DNA of 64,000 bases from Kudoa neothunni (taxonomy: Eukaryota > Animalia > Cnidaria). The notes under the pieces were generated by a model that saw nothing but the letters and a program-made list of their open reading frames with translations, did no database searches and was not told the DNA's origin. Numbering within the stretch: the stretch's first letter is position 1; each line of letters opens with the position of its first letter. The translations under genes and the position numbers were made by a program. Below, in pieces: positions 27,093 to 39,379 of the stretch. The stretch covers positions 7,293,635 through 7,357,634 of the forward strand of contig OZ199840.1 of assembly GCA_964304625.1 (NCBI GenBank), written 5' to 3'.

Positions 27093-30000
27093 TCAATCAA
27101 ATATTGAAAAGTTTTCGAGACTTTCATCAATGGCATCCATCTCTAAGTCCGGCATAGGGTAGTGAAGGATAGCAGCAATTCCTCCCAACTCATCAAGTCC
27201 TACAAATAACTCAAACCCATTATTGATTGTCTCACTAACTTTTGTGTTGAATTGTTGATATAAGGCTACACAAAAATTAACTTTTGAAATGACAGGACAC
27301 AAAAATTGGCATGGATACAAATTTAATGACCTCAAAAATATCAATTTATCGTGAATTTAAAAAAATAAAAATATCATAATTAAACTATGAATATTCAAAG
27401 ATCATGATTATTTTGAAAATATATAAAAACTTTTAATAAGTGTTTATTTTTAATTCATTTTACTTGGTGCTTATAAAAAATAAGATTTTATTTTTCAAAT
27501 TAATTGTTTAAATAGTATAACATAAAACTACATCTTAAATATGGTTTGGAATGCTAAACGTTGAAAAATACTGCGTTTTCTTCCTAATATATCGAATATA
27601 TTTAATAGTGTCTTTAGTTATATTAAAAAATTCAAAGCTTAAGATAATGAGGAGAGGAAAATTTAAAATTTACTATACAAAGAAATTTTTAGGATAAAAA
27701 TGAAAAATTAATATTTTTATGACGTATAGTAATCCAGGACACAATTTGGATTATAGTTAATATTTCCTTACCAGCTTTACGTCATTGGGACTCAAAAGTT
27801 TTAAAAATTGGCCGATTAAATTTTCTAAATCACTTAAAGTTTTAACCTATTCAGATCAACTATATAAACGCATATAAACACTTACAGTGCAATCTCGGAT
27901 TTCGACCATAACCCGCTCTAGAAATGTGTTTGATCTCCGAATAAATTTTTCCCATGTAAAATAATGAAAATTAGTTTAATCCTTATCGCTCATCAACCAA
28001 ATGATTACTTTTATTCTTATTTATTAAAAAACAAGCATGTCTTTTGTTTATAAAATATAACAAATAAATATAATAATAAAGATGAGATATACGATGTAAC
28101 ACAAGCTCCGAATTGGGATTCAAACCTGCGTTATTAGACTTAAAAACGGTGGTGCCATACCGTTCTGCTCTCGATCGCATATCATGAGGTTGCGAGTTAG
28201 AAGCTTAGTCCGATGTTCCTGTACTCCTAATCCGAAATTAAGTAGGAAGGCTGTAGTAATCGCATGGATCTACGATTTATCGTGGCCTTGCTTGCAGCTG
28301 GGAGGGGAGCCTAGCGGAAGGGTAAATCTCGAGCGCTCATAAACACTGGAGTACAGGAACGAAATACAACCCAGTAGGAGGTTTCTGAAGAGCCGACGCC
28401 CGCATTCAGGCGACTTTCCCAGACTAATTCTGGGTTGGTCCAGGGTATGGTTGGGACGATGGTTGCTCCGAAACGAAGATGTTTAATGGGTCAAAATCTC
28501 ACATTACCCCATAAACGTAAGTCGCCTTAATATGACGCTACGGTGCCTAAAACGCAAATGGAGAAGGCCTAACCAGCCCGAACTTCACAATCTAACAAGT
28601 TTCGCGAGGGATTTGACCTTGTAAACAAAAAAAATCTGTTTTTTGCTCCGAATGCATTTGTTCTAAATACCCTTTCTATGTGTTCGAACTCAAAAGTGTC
28701 TCTGACTCAAAATTCTTGATAGAACTCTGAGGTTGCACTGTAATGTCAAATTGAACTAATAATTGTCAACAAATAATAAATTCGGTGTCCAACATTTTTA
28801 GAAAATTTTGAATAAAATATGATACAAAATTTCAATGTGTCATCAGTAAATGAAATATAATTTAGTGCTGACTATTATATAAATTTTAGACTAGCTTTTT
28901 CTGTCACATAAAACACATCACGTTATTGAGAGTAATTATGAGCTGAATATTTAGCACGAAATAGTAAAGCAATAAGGTAGTTGAGTTTGATTATTCGCAC
29001 CTAATAACCTATTTTCGTATATGTATGCTGATAAAAAAGATATTATAATTATATCAAAGAATATTAAAAAAAGTTCACTCGTCAGAAGGATCAATAAAAC
29101 GTCTACATTAAAATGATCTTATCCTATTAGGATATATGTAAAATAACTCGCTAAATCTTAAATTTCTACTATATATGAAGGTCATGAAGCTTAGTAATTT
29201 AAATATATTATAAAAATCAGTATCTAAGATGTTAAAGCAAGAAAATTGTTTGAACATAAAAACCGCTAGAATGCTAGAATCCGTTGAATTTTAAATTAAA
29301 ATGTCTGAAATATATGCACGCGTTTATTTCATATATACACAAATCAAAATAAATCAGGGGGTTCTGAACGCTATTCTGCTAAATAAACGGAAGTTAACCA
29401 AGATAGTTTAAATTCAAGGGGAAAACAAAGAGTAATATTATTTAATTATATACATATTAATATTTTCATATGAGGGCATTAGATTTGTGAATTATATTTG
29501 AGCAAATACCGAACTTGAGCACCAGCCACTGAAGCATCATCTACTAATTTTGTGTACTCCAGTCTTTGTTCAATATTTGTAGACCTGAGAAAAATAAATT
29601 AATGATATTTCCAATATTTCATTCACCGAAGCACCGCATCTGAGACCAACAGCTTAGCTACGGCTCCTTGCACTACAGCCTTTTTAATAAAATTCAAACT
29701 ATATTGAAAACGCATTACATATTATTATGAATAAAAAAACAACCCATAAAACGCCTGGGATGAGTTTTTATGGAGTGTTTCCATAAATTTATTCATAATA
29801 TCAACGTCATTTTTCAACTTAATGTAAAATTTTTGTGAGAGGATTTCTTAATGATACCAAGTTACTTGGGTGTTATTGATTCTAGTCAAAACTTGCTCAT
29901 TTTGTATAATTTCTATGAAAATGAGAATTGTTTCAAAGTAAACAAACGTCAGCAGTTACCATTTAATGCATGTTTAAATCCACTAGAAGAAGATGTCTAA

Positions 30001-31169
30001 AATTAACCATAAGCACATTCGAAGTCAAAAATAAACATATTTACACAAATAAATTTCGATTTCTGAGAAACAATGTCCTTATTATTTTTCTTAGTAACAA
30101 ATTCCATGAATTGATCTTTCAAACAACCGGGACTAGCCAAAACGACACATCCGATTTCTAACAAGTAAAATTAAAACAAAAACGCGCAATTAAACTTACT
30201 ATTTATATCAATCGACTTTAATAAGGACTCGTAGATGGATTCAAAAAATTTTTGCATACTCTTTCAAATTATTAGCTTCTATTTTGTTAAGTATTACCAA
30301 ATAACTACTTTTGTGTATTTCTCTGGAAAATTAGGTCGCTTTTTAGCGATATGAACGTCGATTTTATTTTTTAGTTTGGTCAATGTGTTATACAAAAGAA
30401 AGATATGCGCCAAACCTTAAATAATAATAATTTATTATTAATATGGATATAAATATTTAAATATGAATGAACCTAGAATCTGCGCATTTCAAATATTTAA
30501 AAAAATAAAGGTATGCGTTAAACATTTAAAGGTAAATATTTGTGGGAGTACCTTCATGCATTACAACAACTGCAGTTTCTGCTTTTTTATCTATATTTAC
30601 GGCATCGTCTAGACAAAAATAAGTTCGGTCGTGCATTCTCTATTTACACAACCGCGATATGTAAATTTTAGACCAGCATTCTTTCGAAATTTTAATTTTA
30701 GTATTCACTAACACATCCAAAGTGTGGTATTGTCCCATCTATTCCAATCACTTATAAGTGTTCTAAAACTCCACCAATAAACCTTTATATAATCAGATTC
30801 CACAAGATTCTTTCCTTTAATCCGAATTTCACCAGCGTTCATATCACATTCAAATGTTTCAAGTTGCAATGTACAATTAAATGTCACTCTAGCTTGATTG
30901 TTTTTTGTGGAATTACTGTTCCCTACTATGATTTTCCTAGTTAATAGAATATTTATCTAATTATCAAATAAAAGAAAATATGTAATTCCTCACCTTGATG
31001 TTACTGCCGTTATAGAATCTCCAACACATAAAATATTGTAAATATTCCAAATATCTTCGTCATTTTCAGGAATAACCACTACGAAACTAAATTTTTATAA
31101 AATTATGCAAAAATTTCTTTTTTAATACTTATCTGAATTGGTTTGTGGAAATTTTGACAAGATTTTCAT
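27093..31169 (-). CDS. PELO: Pelota/Dom34 ribosome rescue factor, multi-exon with one 2.2-kb intron
   Basis: Spliced motifs IPENDEDIWNIYNILCVGD, IRIKGKN, KMGQYHTLD, VVMHEGLAHI, IAKKR, VLASPGC, LDELGGIAAILHYP. A 26-nt penultimate exon at 27240-27265 restores frame; large intron at 27266-29509. Confidence 0.93.
28104..28172 (-). pseudogene. Degenerate tRNA-like sequence / SINE head
   Basis: Minus strand AGAGCAGAACGGTATGGCACC...GCAGGTTTGAATCCC shows A-box-like and B-box-like (GGTTCGAATCC) elements at tRNA spacing; cloverleaf incomplete. Confidence 0.4.
28200..28585 (+). other. GC-rich structured cassette, possibly non-LTR retroelement-derived UTR RNA
   Basis: Perfect 13-bp inverted repeat 28215-28227/28348-28360, 9-bp inverted repeat 28408-28416/28519-28527, hairpin 28418-28434; composition clearly more GC-rich than the flanks. 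Confidence 0.5.
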
Positions 31170-31749
31170 AGTCGTACTTCTTATTTTCTGCGCGTGCGTG
31201 GTATATTAACTTGATTTCTTCGACGCTTTGTGGCAGATACGTATATAAAATAAATTCAAAACTACAAAAGAGTAGAATACCTACATTTATTAGTTGGGAG
31301 AACCACGTTTTTCACTTTATTTAAGTATTTAAAAGCTCACTTTATTTTCTTGTTAAAAATTTGGTGATGAAATAAATATTGTAATATTGTCTAATTCTGT
31401 TTTAGTATTAACATATATTTGACTCTAACGATCCGAAAATCGATACCCCGTCCGACTAAGAATTTTAGGATGCAACTAAACCCTCGTTTCTGTTTGTCAG
31501 AAATAATTGAAAAATTATAAAAATATTATTTGTAAATTATGAAGAAAATCGTTAGAGCGGAATCCCAATACATACGGAACGGTGTATGACGCGCTAATTC
31601 CATTATTACCCGATTTATTATTCTCACCGGCATAGGCATAAGTAATATAAGATCGGCAGTTAAACTATGATATTATTGTTTTTATGGAGGTAACCTATTA
31701 TATGATTCACGAAAGGAACAAAATGTCGACATCGATAATTAACGTTACT

Positions 31750-34700
31750 TTCTACATTTAAACAAGTGCTAAATGAACGTCGTGAGCAGTAATATTTGAC
31801 ACAAGATTGCACCCGCGTGATGTCTTACGGTCTTTTTTTCGTTCATAGTATTCACATCCGCATTGTTTCAGATTGCTAGGAAGTGCTTTCCTATAAACTC
31901 GATCTTTTTTGTTACAAGTTTCATGAGTTTAGTAAGCATGTTTCTAGAGAGAAGAAGGTCGTAGAGACATTGGGAAATTTCTTTTCGAAATACACGTCTG
32001 TTTTTCTTTGTATCGTTGTAAATAACCTTATATAATGTATAAGCATTAACTAAGGATTGATCAATCATATTAGAAATACTCTTAAGTTTTCTAATCATCA
32101 ACCGGCCATCTGAAACAGACGCTAGCTTTCGATCTACGTTGGCAACTCCTCCTTTAGTTCAATTTGTAGTTTAATATAACTTTATGTTTATATTTTAAGT
32201 TCTCATCGGAGGCAGAGTCGTCTGTAGTCTTATTTGTCAAAAAATTGACTGCCTTCGATTTTTTGCACACACGCCAAACGTTCATAAAGTTTTTGTAAAA
32301 TACAAAGTTCCTATTATAAATATGTTTTTTCGGAGGAGGAAGACATCTTGGAATTTCCTTTTTATTTTTCCTCGTTGTTCCTAAGAAAGTGAGTTTTTTA
32401 TCCATCAAATTTTCAACGATTGGAAATGATCGTTAGAATTGCCAGCTATCTCGTTTCGGGCCTGAATGAAAAAAAGGATCGATAAGGAAAGAATTACGCT
32501 TTTACCAATGTTACCCTGTCTCAAGCTGTCAAAGTATTCAGTTCCCAAGTACAGTCGTGCTTCGGTATTGCGTAGTAGCCCAATATCTCTTGTATTTGTT
32601 CTATTTTAGTTAAAATGGAAAATATATTAGATATATTAATGCTAATATTATAAAATTATCGTGAAGAAAAAACTTTTTAAATAAAAGAAAGCGTATATTA
32701 TTCAATATTGCGAAGTGATTTTGCATTGCGTAGTAAATTCAAAGTCCGGATTGCGCGTTTGATTCGATAGTGCGCAGTAAAATTGACAATGTCGAGAGTG
32801 CAGCGAGATATTGATGAGAAGAATAAAATTATTAGTTACTGTAATTCAATTAAATCAATTAAAAGTGCAAAAAAATGACTGTAATGAAATTCGGACTAAG
32901 TATTCGAATGTTTTTACTTTATATTAATAATAACGATAATTTTTGTTAAGAATATTCAACTCTCAGTAGAATTCTCTCAATGGAACAAAAAATTACTGAT
33001 TCCAATATTTCTAACAAGAGAAAGCGGTTTTCTAATGGTAAACATGAAGATATCGATACCGAAGTTTATAATTGGATCGTAAATGCCCGAAATAATAAAA
33101 AACAAATTTCTGGCGAAATTATAATAGCAAAAGCATTGTCAATCGCCAAAGAAAAGAATATCGACAATTTTAATGCAAGTAGAGGATGACTGGCTTGCTT
33201 TAAAAATAGATTTGGACTTCGTTCCGTAAGACTTCACGGGGAAGCATCTAGTGCTGATTCTTCTTCAATATACGCTTGGAAATTTGAGAATAAAGATATT
33301 CTGCAAAGTTACGATCCAAAAAATATTATTAATGTTGATCAGACTGCGCTTTTTTACCAACAAATTAATAAGCGAACTTACGTATTAAAAGCAGAACAAG
33401 ATGTCCGAGGATCTAAAGTGTCCAAGAAGCGTGTTACGGTTTTAGTATCTGCGGCCTTAGATGGTTCAAAATTACCATTGTTTGTAATTGGTAAATATCA
33501 GAAGCCTCGTTGTTTTAAAAATATATCCCATCTACCAATTGAATATTTTTCACAGAAAAACTCACGGATGAACGCCTCTATCTTTTTTCAAATTATGAAA
33601 AAATTTATCAATATGTTTGAAAAAGAGAATAGAAAAGTTTTAATCTTATTAGACCAATGCCCCTCCCACCCTAAAGACATGGAGGGTCTAGAAAATATTA
33701 AATTTTTATTTTTGCCGAAGAATACTACATCAATATTATACAGCCTTGCGATTTAGGAATAAATAACTCATTAAAAAGCAATTATAAAAAAATTCTCCAT
33801 TCCATTAGTGTATTGGATGATAATGAATTAATATTGAAAAACTATACTTTATTCGACTGTTTAAAAACGTTAAAAAATGCTTGGAATAATGTTTCGAAGG
33901 AAACAATAATTAATTGTTTTAAAAAGTCAGGTGTTTTTGATGAAGGTAATTTTTAATTAAAATTATAAATATATGTTTGATAGCATCAACAACTATTCAA
34001 GAATATGATAACATTAATGAAGGTATTTTATCAAAAATTATTTTTCTAAAATTAACTAGACTCATTTGATGATGTATCATCTTCTGAAATTAACGAAAAA
34101 GTTCACGATGAAGCAAACTCCTCTCCCGTCACTAATAACGACATAGATGATATATCTGATAACGAAAAGGATGAAACAGACAAAGCCATAAAAAAGGTCC
34201 CTACAAAGAAAATTAGAGAAGCAATACAAACTTTGAGGGAAACTTTTATCGCGGAAGAACCAGAAGGTTTATTCTACCTACACCCTGTAATGGACCGACT
34301 GATCTCAATACTAAAAAAAAGAGAACTCCAAACTACCATAACGGACTTTTTTCACAAAAAATAAAAAGAAACCTCATTTAACAATTAACTTATATTTTCA
34401 TTTCTGGATTCTATGTTTAAAAAAATAGGTTGAATAATAAAAATACAATCACTTCAGTGCGCATGCGCGAGCATCGGTATTGCGTAGTAAAATTGAATCC
34501 CCGATTTGCTTCGCAATATCGAGGTTTGACTGTAGATACTAATGTTCATGATATGGTTAGAGACAGGGTAAATCAATGAAGAAATCTGCAGACCATATTT
34601 CTCCGGTTCCATTGCCATATACAGCCTAAATTGTGTATCTTTATCAAAGTAACACAAATTTTTCATTTATCGTAACATCTTGGTTCAGAGTAAAACATAA

Positions 34701-35100
34701 ATATCTGTGCAATATATTTATTCACTTACCCCATATCTTACATATGGGAAAAATTTTTACTCGTTTCCTTCCGCCGAATGCTTGTTTCAAAATAAAAAAG
34801 GTAATTTGAATTAATGAAGTGATAAAAGGTCTCCCCTATATTTTATTTCTTTCATTGGCATTGATATGTTCACATAAAGGCTCTCGCCAACCCTTAGGCG
34901 TTCCTATCAATATAAGAAGACCTAAATAACCTTTGAATTCAATGCCATCCATATCCATACTAAACCCTTTCGTCTTTGAAATTCGTTTGGAATATGTGTT
35001 GATGCACTTTATGATTGTGAAATTTAATTTTATTTCGTTAAATTTTGAATATTCAATGAAAATATCAAATATACGCCGATACATTCTGTAGAAGATGCTG
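31750..35100 (-). mobile_element. Decayed piggyBac transposase split by a pogo insertion (ends approximate)
   Basis: Fragments EFKGYLGLLILIG, FRLYMAMEPEKYGL, LTFLGTTRKNKKEIP, NMIDQSLVNAY and a Cys-rich tail. Deleting the pogo and one TA restores MNISIYLGT. Confidence 0.85.
32552..34532 (+). mobile_element. pogo/Tigger transposon with intron-containing transposase (inactive copy)
   Basis: Imperfect 24-bp TIRs CAGTCGTGCTTCGGTATTGCGTAG / CAGTCAAACCTCGATATTGCGAAG with TA duplication. HTH (FNASRG*LACFKNR); D,D,D in NVDQT, LLDQC, QPCDLG. Stop at 33187 and frameshift near 33740. Introns 33946-33983 and 34023-34059; ends QTTITDFFHKK* at 34364. Confidence 0.92.
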
Positions 35101-36729
35101 ACATTCTATTAGTATCAATGTTAGCCAGCAGTTTCATTTGTATTGAAATGATGGAAAATGTTTACAATTTTTCTTTTTTTTTCAATTTAACATCTCGGCT
35201 TATTTGGGTTTTAGGGAATTAAAACTTGTTAGGATAGATTTTCCGTGGATGCGACAGATGACCCTCATCAAATCTCTCACAATTTTTTGTACGTAGTACA
35301 TGGAAGATTAAAAATCGATTCAAAGAATTTAATTATTATGTTAAAACAAGAAATATCACGTTAATCCTATAAATTCATGTTAAACAATATTATATTCCGA
35401 GTCAATCATGAGTGGATCAACCGCGGTTAAGATTTAGGCACGCCATGTCTTGCAGAATTTAATATTTGTGTAAAAATCATCGTTTAAAGAAAAAATTTAT
35501 TCCAAAGATACATATTTCTGTTCTTTTTTATTTGTCAAATCATTAAATTCTGGAGCAACGAGGTAATGCTTTTCTATACGATGCATTGGAATAACGAATT
35601 TTATGCAAAAATATTTGTCTATTTCGTTGATAGACTATCAAATTTATATACATATTTAGGAAAATTAGAAGTATTTCCTTTATTCTACATCTTGTGGCCT
35701 ATTAATATTCTCGCACAACAGTTCCTGAAATTTTTGCAGTCTTTCGTATATCACACATTATCCTACGATAAAACTTTAATTGTAATAAAAAAATTTCATG
35801 TTTATAAATGATAAATACTTATTAGTTTAAAAATTTTGTCTATGTATGTATTTTTCATAATAAAAAATATTATACAATGTCTGCACAAATTGGTTCCGAA
35901 TTTATTTGATAAATTGTAATTATCATCGTAATTTTATTTCAATCTATCAAAAGTTTGCGCAAAAAATCCTTAAAAATAATAATAGTAATTATAATGCATT
36001 ATTATTTGTTAAAATAAAATATGGAAGATGTTTATTCATATTAAACTAACAAGTATATCATAAATTTGTTTTTCATCGATTCGGCTATTTATAAAAAGTG
36101 TTGACTACATTAATTACTGATATATATATATATATATATACATGTCAAACAATAATTCTTCATAACGAATCAGATGACTTTGTTAGGTGAGGAATGATGT
36201 ATTAACTTTGTTAATTTATTGTTATGTTGTCTATTACAATAATCCAATTGGAAGTTACCATAGTAAAAAAATTAAATTCATACAAATTAAGTAAGTAAGA
36301 AAGAAAAAATCACTTGCTTGCGAAGAATTTCATTAATTCGTATTTTAATTTCAGTTATAACCTATAAGGGACAACAAAAGTTGAAACATTTTGCGAACTA
36401 TGGTTTTCGTAAAAATTTCCCGCAGATAGCCATGGAAATTTAATATTAAAAGGAACTTGAGCGTTGTTTTTAAAATCATTTAAATATTTTTAAAAACTTC
36501 TTTATTATACTCTCGCTTCAGACTGTTTGATTTATAATAATATATGACAAAAGATAACTTCATAAAAGCCATATTTTAATCACTTATTGTTTTTAAAATT
36601 AATGCTTATTATTAAAATAAACACACATTAATGAATAACACTTTTGCCGGATAAAAATTTTGATTAAAATTTGAAAAAATTAACGCAGCCAAAATAAATC
36701 GTGACAGGCTGCGCTGACAGCTAATTATC

Positions 36730-37461
36730 ATGAGCAAAATCGGCCGATTTTCAAATTTAAAACATTCATTACCGCTTTTAACAGTTAGGAACTTCGGAAA
36801 ACTTCCAAAGTATTAAACCATAAAAAAGATGATTAAATATGATTTTTTATTCAAACTAGTGGTTCTTTTATATCAAGGAGAGATGAAGTTAAATTTTGCC
36901 AAAAATACGCTGGAACACTTCGCATTATGGGTTCACATAAGGACTGGAAAGAATGTGAATCTCTTAAAGAGCTTCAAGCGCCAAGTGACTATCGTGTTTT
37001 GGCTTACGACCAAAACAGTTTCCATATCAAAAACATGAAACATTATGGGCCTATTTTCATTATGAAATCACAAATTATGCGTTGGCACGTAAATGCTCGA
37101 ATAGAAAGCTCTTTATAAATCTAAAAAACGAGAATTAATCATTTATCTAGTTGGAAGGCTCTCATGAAGTGACACCAGAATCGTTAGCAATTCTGGAGCT
37201 GATCGATGAAAAACCACAGCTTTTAATTGTCGGTACTGGTAGAAAGAACAAGGATCTTAGCGAGGAAACAGTTAAATACATAAAAGAAAAGCTTAAAATT
37301 AAATTCTTAAGTTGTTCAACTGTATATTTTCTTTTCACGTGATTTAAACTCGTATACAAATGTTAAATCACATTTAGAGAAAAGCTATTTCGACCTACAA
37401 TATTACGCTGATTGATGGTGTCACTGTTTTTGCCGCATTTCTTTGTCCACTTATGGATTGA
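36730..37461 (+). CDS. NDUFAF3: Complex I assembly factor NDUFAF3 (DUF498/Mth938 fold), 4 exons
   Basis: Basic presequence-like N-terminus; YDQNSFHI..HYGPIFIM...RWH|LEG..VTPESLAILELIDEKPQLLIVGTG..ST|RKAISTYNITLIDGVTVFAAFL; TGA at 37459-37461. Confidence 0.85.
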
Positions 37462-39379
37462 TTGTCTGTAGTTGATCTTATTTTTTTAACTGTGTATGAT
37501 GTATGTATTTTTGTATACGCATATAAAAATCGATGTTTTCGTTTAAATTGATCTATTTTGCAAATGTGCGAATATGTCTTATGCTATCATTGCAGCAAAT
37601 AATTTTTCAATAAATTGTTGTAATTCAAATCTTATTTTATGATAAATATTTTTACTAAATATCTAGTTATTTATCAAAATGTACTGATTTCTTTATTCTA
37701 TTAAGTTTCAACTCCGCATTACCTAATTTTAAAATTTCCTCTAAATAATATCCATACATACTCAAATATCATAGTCATGTAAGATATAGAAGAGCATACA
37801 TCAACGGTGATAAAGTCAGGTATATAAGTCAAATTTGTAAATAATATTTTGACCGAATGAAGCTTTCTAACTCTGGTGGTAAAAATATTCGTTCAAATTC
37901 ATATCTACTTAATTTCACGTTTTTATCTAAATTCCAATTAGTTTCATTTTCTATGAAATATCGTCTCTTTCTATTTTAAAATCATTTTTAAAAACAGAAT
38001 CAGTATATACAAATAATGGAAAAAATTAATCAGCCATATTGGTGTATATACGACACAAGAGTTATATTTAATGAGTTAATTTAAGATTAATTCAAGTATC
38101 TTTAGCATATAAAGTAGAAAAATATTTTAATTCACATCCACTATACTTCTAGTGAAGAAAATGTGGTTTAATACATAATCACGCAGACAATCAGTAATTT
38201 TGTCGCAATATCAATGATACCCTGCTAAAAGTGCCTTCATTTCGATCATTCTTAAAAGTTTATTTACAGAAACAAATGAATACTTTCAGGTTACACTTAT
38301 GCAAAAATAAAATCTTATATTAACTAGAAATCGCATTCCAACTATTAATCCATAGAAATTAGTTTTCTTTCCCAAAATCTCTAGCTCCGCTGATTATTTT
38401 GAGTAGAACACGTTTTCAATTACTAGTAAACTCAAATTAAGAACTCACTTTCTTAATATATTCCACAACTGCTAAAATAATATTAGATTTTTTAGCGATA
38501 ATACGCATACTATTCCCTCCTGCCATAAGTGGCAGCAGTCCGACGACCTAAATTATATTTTTACCTCGAATTATTGATCTCTCATAATTAAATTTAAAAT
38601 AAATATAAATTTTTGTTCCAGCTGTTCTATACTTTCTAGGATGGTTTATTTTAAGATTTTTGTATATCTTCATAAACGTAATGTTGCACTCACAAATGCA
38701 TAATGAAAATAAATACAACATCAAAAATGCTAAATAATTATATTATAGAATCAAAAAGCTCGTTAATTTTTCTTTTATCTGCATTATCAACATCAAGAGA
38801 AAATAATTCATACGAAAGTCGAGCAGACAGCTCTCACATGTGCGCATGTCCATTAATAAATCTTTGGATAGTACAGCCAAAAATTAATAAGAATTGTTGA
38901 TTATTTAATGTTACCTGTATGCATAACATAATAAATAAATTTTATTGAACAACTATTATCGAAATCTAAGTTTCTCAAGCAATCATTCATTTATCAATCA
39001 TTTGTGCAAACTTTTCCCAAGCAGCTTCTTATAATATAAATTAGTCAAAATTTTTTATTGACACCTAAAAATTAATTTTTGAGTCTAGGCAAAAGAAATT
39101 TAACTCATACACTAAAGATGATTGGTTAACATAGGATTAGCTACAATTTTCTACACAAAATAGTTTAGACATTACAAAATTATATTTTGAACATTTATGT
39201 TAACTTAGAGGCGAATTGTAAAAAAGATAATGTTAAATAATTAATGGTAACAACATTCTATTGAATTAAAATAGTAGCCTGCCTACCGAACTCAATAATA
39301 AAGCCTGTTAGCTGTCAACGCGCACGCAGCACGTGGTAACATCTGTGAGTTTCAGCCGTGCGCAGCTAGCTTCTTCCCA

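Larger units (their letters stand above)
27885..28740. mobile_element. pogo-like MITE inside the large PELO intron, carrying a GC-rich internal insert
   Basis: TA-CAGTGCAATCTCGGA ... TCTGAGGTTGCACTG-TA: inverted ends with TA duplication. Confidence 0.8.

Noticed and set aside
28205-28420. Hammerhead ribozyme (CTGAAGA at ~28385; stem followed by GAAA at 28361)
   Set aside because: Core elements are not in a valid arrangement: the stem before GAAA is preceded by CCGATG rather than CTGANGA, and CTGAAGA has no matching stem II-GAAA.
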